Below the pieces are notes generated by a model. That model saw only the letters and a program-made list of their open reading frames with translations. It was not told the origin of the DNA and searched no databases. Below, one piece after another: positions 55,563 to 64,000 of a stretch of 64,000 nucleotides of DNA; the first letter of the stretch is position 1, and every line of letters starts with the position of its first letter. Source of the DNA: Octopus vulgaris (lineage: Eukaryota); the NCBI GenBank assembly GCA_951406725.2, contig OX597823.1:76260001-76324000 (forward strand). The letters run 5' to 3'. A program made the position numbers and the translations under genes.

Positions 55563-58500
55563 GTATGTACATATATGTATGTGTGTGTGTGTGTGTGTGT
55601 GTACGTTTATATACATGTGTGTATTGTATGTTGTTACATGAGTATCGGTGTCTATTTTTCATGATTGCAAAGTAACAGACACACACATACACACATTTAT
55701 ATATATATACAGGCAAATCAAAAATAAAAACAAAGCAACAACAGTCAATAGGACAGTGAATGTATTAGGTTTACGCTGAGTTAAAAATGGTAAAAACATG
55801 TGTGCGTGTGTGTGTTTATATATATTTATATATATGCACAAATGGATTGTTTATTTCTGGCTCATCATTTATGCAAAATATTCCTGCTTTTTTTTTATTT
55901 CGTATTTGGTTTTGTCCATCTCGTGGCTTGGTAATCACATCACACTACTAAATTTATCTCTACCACTTTACTTGGCCTATTGGTGTCTTTCGCATAGGCA
56001 TAGATCTTTCTATTGCAACCATGGAGGATCTTTTTGGATTTCACGATGCATCGACACCGATAATCTCTACACATTCCTTGATGCCTAAAGCTAAATTTAA
56101 TCTCACAGGACTATTCCTCTTCTTAAGCATCCCCGGAGACGTCCAAACTGATGTCTTATAAATCACCTCTTTCTAACACGCAAACCCACGTCTTATAGCT
56201 CTCTGAATCAAATATCTCACAGCTTATCTCTGCTATCCATGCTATATCTCATCTCTGCTATCCATGCATCACCTTTTACTCAATCTTCACTCCGAAAGTA
56301 GTATCTGTATAGATAAATATTCTAATCCTCTTGTCACTCGCCCTCTTGAAATCAATGCAAAAAGACTCTCAATTACATTAATTCAACAATTCATTTTCTC
56401 TCTCATCCAAATATATAGAGTTCTTCTGGAATTCTGTGAACCTCTGTTCGATAAATAACAACTCTTCGATTATATCTCTTGTTGCACTGAGAACGACTAC
56501 TACCCCTGAGTAATCGCTCTTGCTCATTGTATTTCTTAGTTCTAACAATCCTTCAGCCAGTGCAGGCACGGAATCTTTCACAATCCTTCCTCGTACGCAT
56601 CTGACTTTATTACTGTCGGAGCGATAGCATTTTGCAGTCTCTAAATTTCTATGCTAATAAGTATCATCCCTTTATGTACCCGACGTGCAGAGATGAAAAT
56701 CTTTTGATGTATTTCTCATCATCCAACACAACGTGCACCTATCGAGTTGTCGACCTCTGCCTTATCGAAATTAACCATCACTCTTCCACACACCACATAA
56801 TGCACCCCACAACCTCCCGGATCCAATGAAAATTTAAGTCAGCCGTTTGGATGGAGTTCTGCATTTTCTATGCTACCCACGACAGCACTTACGCTTCATA
56901 AACTATCAGAAATAGGTGTGTAACTGAAATACCCCTCTCGGGTATTTCCCTTTACGTGACAAAAATAATCAAAGAACTTCAGCTTCTATCTTGTCAATTG
57001 ATTCACTTAAAATTACTCTGCAGCAATGAGACGAAATCCTGGTCTGCAATACTTAGAGAAAATAAATGAAAAAAATTCTTCATGATTGCTCAACCTGCTA
57101 TAAATAACATCCAAATCTACCTCAAGTGTTCTACTCGTAGTTTCTGAAGGATTCATCGGATGATATATTCATGGAAATATATCGTGCCAAAATAAGTAAC
57201 AACATGGCAAAAACTGGAATAAATCCGACCATAAGTTTATTTAATCAGTGCTGACTGAGATAACCAGCAGCAACTGAATGACTCAAGCTTAGTACCCCAA
57301 CTTGAGCGAGACCTTGTTACAAACCACAAGAGTATTCCGCCATGCATCTTAAAAACAGCAAAATCTACTGGCATCCAAGCTAGAATCTTGCCTCTATTTG
57401 GGAGATGGCCTTGCCTAAAGAATTTCTGCTAAGTATCAAGAACAATCCCTTTCCCCACTTATTAAATATAATATTTCTATAAGAAGTACCTACGTAAAGA
57501 AAACATTCACTTTCATTTCCGTTTTTCATAAACTCAATGCATAAGCTTACAATAGCAACACCTGCCTCTTATAGATTGGGCTTTTTCTTCAGAAGCTGAA
57601 AATTGTTCTAAAACAAACTACGGAACCCCAACGAAATTCAGATGAGATGCTATGAATTACTGCGCACCCACATCTAAGATGGCACTATTCTCACCCACAC
57701 AGACTTCTGCCATCTTATTCTCAGAAAGGTCTTTTGATTTAGTGGTATGAAATCATTAAAGAAACAATAAAATATCTGGCTCACTGATAAGCTATCTCCC
57801 CCACTCTGCTTTTTGTATCTCTACTGCAATGACTAGATATTACTGGTCTGCATTCAAGCATTCTCACTCTTTCACCTTTCTTTCTTTCATTCCTGAATTG
57901 TGTCCAGCATCTGAGACTCAACACTAAGCATTCTGCTCCCATCTTTCTTTCCAGAAAATCGCTCTACTGGTATTCTCTACCTGCACATGTCTTTCTTGCA
58001 GTGATCGACGTCGTGCAGTATAAGTCAAACGTTAAAAGTATCGATCACCCCAGTTTTGGAGTGCTTCTGAAGGTCATTCGAACAACCTCCGCCTCCAGGC
58101 AATAAACCAATAAATAAATTGTCTTCGCCAGACATGTTGGCGGTGTTATCGTAATCCAATCTGTGATAATATTAAATAAGTATCCTGAAATGTTTAAGTG
58201 TTTCCATCATCAGTCTTGCTATTTCAGTCTCTGTCTTTTTACAACAATAAACAAAATCTAGATATCTTTTTTGGACTGCAAATATGGTATCGTACTTCGT
58301 CAAATAACATTCAATAAACGTTGTCTACTCAACATTGCTTGAGAGATGTTTCAACAACCTTGACAGAATAATATTTTTCAATCCTTATTTCATTACAAAA
58401 TATTTCCAAAAAATTTGACGCAATTATAGATGAAATTTGTGGCTATTCGCCAGGATTGTTTTAGACTAGAAGTTCAATGTTCTCCAAATAGTTCCCATAA

Positions 58501-58711
58501 TTAATATGGTTAATTCGATGGTTTAACCATCGGAAAGCCAGTCATCATTTTCCAATAAAAATACGACGCTAATTATCCTCATACTTCTCTATTTCTATTC
58601 CTTTCTAGTATTCATTTCAGCTCATCCTATTATTGATAATAATCCTTGTGTGCTGTACAGCTTTAATCTTCGAGCAATTTGTCAAACAGCTTTATTATTA
58701 TTATCATTATT

Positions 58712-59290
58712 GCGTGAGAGAGCAATGCGTGTCATCGAAGTGACATTGGAGTAAAATATACGAAGCCCAGTATACACATCATGACTACCCGTCCGATAAG
58801 GGTACACCAGGCACATGCATCACAACCATGTGTGCGCGACTTGGTGATCTCATATCAAGATAAACAGCACATGACCTTGCAGGTGGGACCCAGTTAGAAT
58901 TTTCTTCTGGCCGAGTAACCCATCCCGCTCAAAAGGTCTGTGAATAAGAATTGTATAAGGATGTTGAACGAACCACCCATGTTTCCAATGGTAAATTATT
59001 CAAACCCCAAAGAATAGGTTTAATATATTCTTTTCTAAATAACTTAATTGCATGACTGTGATGCTCCCCTACTACTTCTACTCGTGATCAGAGATGCACA
59101 TATCGTCAGCCACTAAGGGACATGCTCAACTGGTTAAGGTCAAACAATTAACAAGCAAATCTGTGGTATTGAGCAGAATATTTGCTGTAGCCCATCTTTT
59201 ATACCAAGACAAAAAAATATACATGATAACACTTCCAATCAGTTAAGATCAGAAGCCATGAGAGCCACTGCCTGGTACTGCATCAGGGTA
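58712..59290 (-). mobile_element. Non-coding element embedded in (AAT)n, possibly a non-autonomous R4/Dong-type derivative; strand inferred
   Basis: Sharp-edged, GC-richer ~580 bp block with ATT repeats on both sides. Confidence 0.45.
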
Positions 59291-59294
59291 TTTT

Positions 59295-59303
59295 TTATTA
59301 TTA

Positions 59304-59383
<80 letters not shown>

Positions 59384-59426
59384 ATTATTATTATTATTAT
59401 CATCATTATTATTATTATTATTATTA

Positions 59427-59500
<74 letters not shown>

Positions 59501-59645
59501 ATTATTTTTATTATTTTTATTATTATTGTTTTTATTATTATTATTATTTTTATTTTTATTATTTTTATTATTATTATTATTATTATTCTAATTATTATTA
59601 TTATTATTATTGTTATTATCATTATTATTATCATTATCATTATTG
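59295..59645. repeat. Long (ATT)n microsatellite
   Basis: Directly visible; another tract at 43925-44022. Confidence 0.95.
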
Positions 59646-60544
59646 TTTTTTTTTTCTGTAGTCCAAACCTTGTTTGGACTAACTGCGGTCTATTGCGAGC
59701 CCACTTAAAGAGGGGGAAGTTTACAAAGCAGATCGTTTTCCAGAACTGAATACAAGCCATCATTTGTTCTCTCTCTCACTCTTTCGTCTCCAGACATTAA
59801 GAACAGGTAATTTTATGCAGACTTTTATGTATTTATACAGGTATTTATATCCAAATTTTTATCACTCCATCCGGAATTAAATTAAGCTGGCGTATGTAGA
59901 AGTGAAACGGCAGAGACATAAGAGATGACAGGCATAGGTAGGACTATAGATGTTGCATACACACACACATACACATATACACACATATATATATGTATGT
60001 ACATTTATATGTATATATATATATATATATATAATATACATGTATATACATATAATATATACATATATATCATGTGTGGGAGGATGCATACATGAGAGGT
60101 GCATAGATGCAGTGCCCCTGCGCGGTTAAAGACTAAAGGCTGAAACACATATAGCAATAGAAGTATCAATATAGACGTTATGTATGTACATGTGTATATT
60201 TTTTATGTATATTCACGCAATTAGACACAAAGAGAGGTGCTTGTATAAATATCATATAGAAGTCTTTATAACAAGCAATAGAAATATGTTACTCCTACCC
60301 TTACAATAACATACGCTGAACTACAATAACCTCTTATCATCAAAATAATGAAAAGTAATTTGGAACACAAATGATTAATGACATTTTGAAAATATTTCTT
60401 GACTAGCATTATATGTATCGCTGTTTTCATCTTTTCTTTTTCTTATTTATTTTCTTTCTAATTTCTCATTCGTGCCCAAAAATAAGAACAGAAAAAAACA
60501 AAGGTTTAAATTCTGTTAATAATACATCTTTCTAGAATTATCCC

Positions 60545-61085
60545 AAGGCCTAGAATTTAGGGAAGGAGTATAGTCGATTGCATCGACCCCCCCCCCAGTA
60601 CTCAACTGGTACTTGATTTAGCGACCACGAAAAGATGAAAGCAAAATCCACCTCGGTGAAATTTGAACTCAGAACGTAGCGATGGACGAAATACCTATTT
60701 CTTTACTACCCACATGGGGCTAAACACAGAAGGGATAAACAAGGACAGACAAACGGATTAAGTGGATTATATCGATCCCAGTGCGTAACTGATACTTATT
60801 TAATCGACCCCGAATGGATGAAAGGCAAAGTGACCTCGGTGGAATTTGAACTCAGAACGTAACGGCAGGCGAAATGCCTATTTCTTTACTACCTACAAGG
60901 GACTAAATACAGTGGGGACAAACAAGGGCAGACAAACGAATTAAGTCGATTACATCGACCCCAGTGCCTAGCTAGTACTTATTTAATCGACCCCGAAAGG
61001 ATGAAAAGCAAAGTCGACCTCGGCGGAATTTGAACTGAGAACGTAACGGCAGACGAAATACCGTTAAGCATTTCGCCCGGCACGC
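60545..61085 (-). mobile_element. Family A SINE trimer
   Basis: Three aatttgaact..gaacgta units. Confidence 0.88.
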
Positions 61086-62974
61086 TATCGATTTTACGCG
61101 CCACACACACGTATACACATGTATGTATGTATGTATGTATGTATGTATGTATGTATGTATGTATGTATGTATGTATGTATGTATGTATGTATGTATGTAT
61201 GTATGCATGTGTGTATGTATGTATGTATGTATGTATGTATGTATGTATGTATGTATGTATGTATGTATGTATGTATGAATGTATGTATGCGTGTATGTAC
61301 GTACGTACGTATGTATGCATGTAAGTATGTATGCATGTATGCATGTATGCATGAATGCATGTATGTATGTAGAATTTTATATTTTAATAGTTGTATTGCT
61401 TAAAGACTACAATTAACTGTGATTCACTATGCGATTATCATTGACAATTTCATTCTGAGAGCGCTTGAAATACAAAATTAGACGTGATAGATAACTTCAA
61501 TAATATGAGTTGAGCCTAATTTGAGGGAAACTAAGAATGGGAAATTCACTTTTCAAAACAAATGGAGAGGAACACTATTTGACTCCATCGTGTTTCTTTT
61601 GCAAATATAAAACACTTTTGACTAGACACAGAAACGATGTGTATCTAGTAAAATAGAGAGAATACATGGATGCTGATCAAAACTATCAACTGTAGGACTG
61701 GGAGAAAATATTTCGAAGCTGCTTGCTAAACTTTAAGTAAATATATACACTGAATATATTTGAAGAAGGAACACTGTATAGTGTGCGCAAATAAAAATAA
61801 AAAAAGCAAATAAACAAGGGAGATAACAATAATAATAGATATGTGTATATATTCAAAATAGATGTAGTCTGGCTATGTACATCCCTATTATTTTACCACT
61901 GATATTAAACAAACGTTAATATATTCTATGTATACAAATGAAATTTCATCCATACATACAAACATAAACACACATGCATGCATGCATACATACATATATA
62001 CATACATACATACATACATACATACATACATACATACATACATACATACATACGTACGTACATACGAACACACAATAAGACAGAGAATGTGAGACAAAGA
62101 AAGAGAGAGAAGCCCACAAATATATTATCAGTCATACACATATATTGACATGTATACAAATATACGGAAATATACACATACATACGTGTGTATGTGTATG
62201 GGTGTGTATGCGTATATATGTAAGCATGTGCATATCTATGTATCTGTGTTTATGACTTTGCGACACCTACATATCTTATACACCACTATGAATAATGCAG
62301 ATATCTGGCAAACAGTATGAAGATATTTTATGAAAACAAAATTTGATAAAATATTGATAGAGAAATTATGAAGTATCAAGTTTATTTTCAGTTTATTTTC
62401 TCAGCATGATCTCTATGTTTTATATCCAACAAAACCGAAAATTTTAGTGCTTCTACGTAAAAAAATTCTGACATTTTACTTTCTTTTCCTCAATATTTGC
62501 AACAAAAAAACAAAGAGCATAAAAAAGAATTATAACAAAATTTGTTGGGTTTTATCTTTTTTGTTAAAATCAAAATAATCAATACCAACGTAATAAAAAT
62601 TGCATGCAGTATTTCTTTTCCAGCATTTTCAATTCAAAATATATATTTTTTTTATGATTCCATTTTAGATCCATAATCCTGATTTCAGGAAATGTTCAGG
62701 TAAGTCTTCTCAGCTATTTATATCGCAAAATTATCTTTTACTAGCGGAAATTACCTTCTTGGATTTTTCTCATTTCTAGTCTTATAAGGATTTCTAATAA
62801 TTGGATGCAGAATTGCAGTAAAGGTTGTGCATATTCTGTTAAATTTGGAAAAAGAAACGAAAGACAAAATCAATTTGTGTTGGCATTTGAACTCCAAGTA
62901 TAAGAACATCTAACTAAAACGTACAAGCGACTTAGCTCCTTTGTAATAGCATATCAGAACCTAAATAATAATCC

Positions 62975-63150
62975 TTTCTTATAGGCACAAGGCCTGAAAT
63001 TTACAGGAAGGAGACTAGTCGATGGCATTGATCCCAGTACTTAACTGGTACTTACTTCATCGACCCCGAAAGGATGAAAGACAAAGTCCACCTCGGTGGC
63101 ATTTGAACTCAGTATGTAATGCCAGAAGGAATGCTAAGCATTTTGTCTGG
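62975..63150 (-). mobile_element. SINE family A
   Basis: actggtactt..cgaccccgaaaggatgaaag core. Confidence 0.8.
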
Positions 63151-63195
63151 CTCCTTGCCTTCAGAACATAAATAACAAGAGCAGCAGCAGCAGTA

Positions 63196-63592
63196 GAGGC
63201 GCAATAGCCCAGTGGTTAGGGCAGCGGACTCGCGGTCGGAGGATCGCGGTTTCGATTCCCAGACCGGGCGTTGTGTGTGCTTATTGAGCGAAAACACCTA
63301 TAGTTCCACGAGGCTCCGGCAGGGGGTGGTGGCGACCCCTGTTGTACTCTTTCGCTCCAACTTTCTCTCACTCTTTCTTCCTGTTTTTTGTCCCCGACTT
63401 CCTGTGCAACCGCTGAGCCTGGATGCGCATTCATCCATCCGTCGATGCTCTCGGTGTCGGGGGTGGACCTGCTTTCTCTTCTGCGGGTCTACGAATAACA
63501 AAGGACCACGTTTCGGACTTCTCTCACTACAGACTGAGGCGCGATCTTGCGAGCTCTGGGACGAAAACCGCTTCACTCAACAAGCAAACAAA
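63196..63592 (+). mobile_element. Family C-head SINE with a different GC-rich 3' half
   Basis: tRNA-Arg-like head, shared ctttctctcactctttc segment, approximate TSD agcagcagcag/agcagcagcaa. Confidence 0.8.
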
Positions 63593-64000
63593 GCAGCAGC
63601 AACAACAACGACAACAGTAGTGATAATGAGGATTATGATGATGGTGGTGGTGGTGGTGGTTTCTTTTATTATCCGCAAGGGTTTAGATGAGAGGGTATAG
63701 AAAGAGCCAGTCTATGACACCAAACATTTTGTCCGACGAGTTAACGATTCTATCAATTCACCAACAACAAGAACAGCGAAGGCGAAGATGTGTGTGTTGG
63801 AAAACGTGACGTTTTAACTAATCTCTAAATAAATGCAGTAGCGAAATTCGTTAGACGCCTTGGTCTGTGTGCAAATCCTGCCGTGATCGATTCTGCGTTT
63901 CAGTTATTTGGGCTCCATAGAATAAAGTACTAATCTTGATTACTCAGACCCGAATGAAGCCGACTACTGTCGCAGAACTCGGTGATTACACCAAGTACTC

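Noticed and set aside
55880-58620. Possible very decayed RTE, Tx1 and MULE fragments (minus)
   Set aside because: Only faint motif resemblance through many stops; boundaries cannot be supported.
59225-59290. U2 snRNA-like words (atcagttaagatcaga, cctggtactgca)
   Set aside because: Spacing, stem IIa pairing and Sm site do not match U2.

Overview
AT-rich, microsatellite-dense eukaryotic DNA. The repeat landscape (tRNA-derived SINEs with Nin/Deu-, Meta- and V-like domains, plus TA/TACA/AAT tracts) most resembles an octopus or other coleoid cephalopod genome; this is an inference. I recognise no intact protein-coding gene, and most listed ORFs are microsatellite translations. The window holds dozens of SINE copies, decayed LINE fragments (RTE, CR1-like, R4/Dong-like), three Penelope-like element (PLE) remnants, two non-autonomous Helitron pieces and an intronless, disabled FIG4 retrocopy (36031-37022, minus). 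The most notable structure is a set of non-coding, TA-microsatellite-embedded elements carrying hammerhead-ribozyme (HHR) motifs with palindromic stem III, some with variant cores. One forms a ~1.5 kb spacer-less palindrome (21134-22668), and fold-back 5' ends recur elsewhere in the window. Two short pieces from the 50.4-51.6 kb region are also copied into SINEs at other positions. All family assignments are by eye from remembered motifs, not from database searches.
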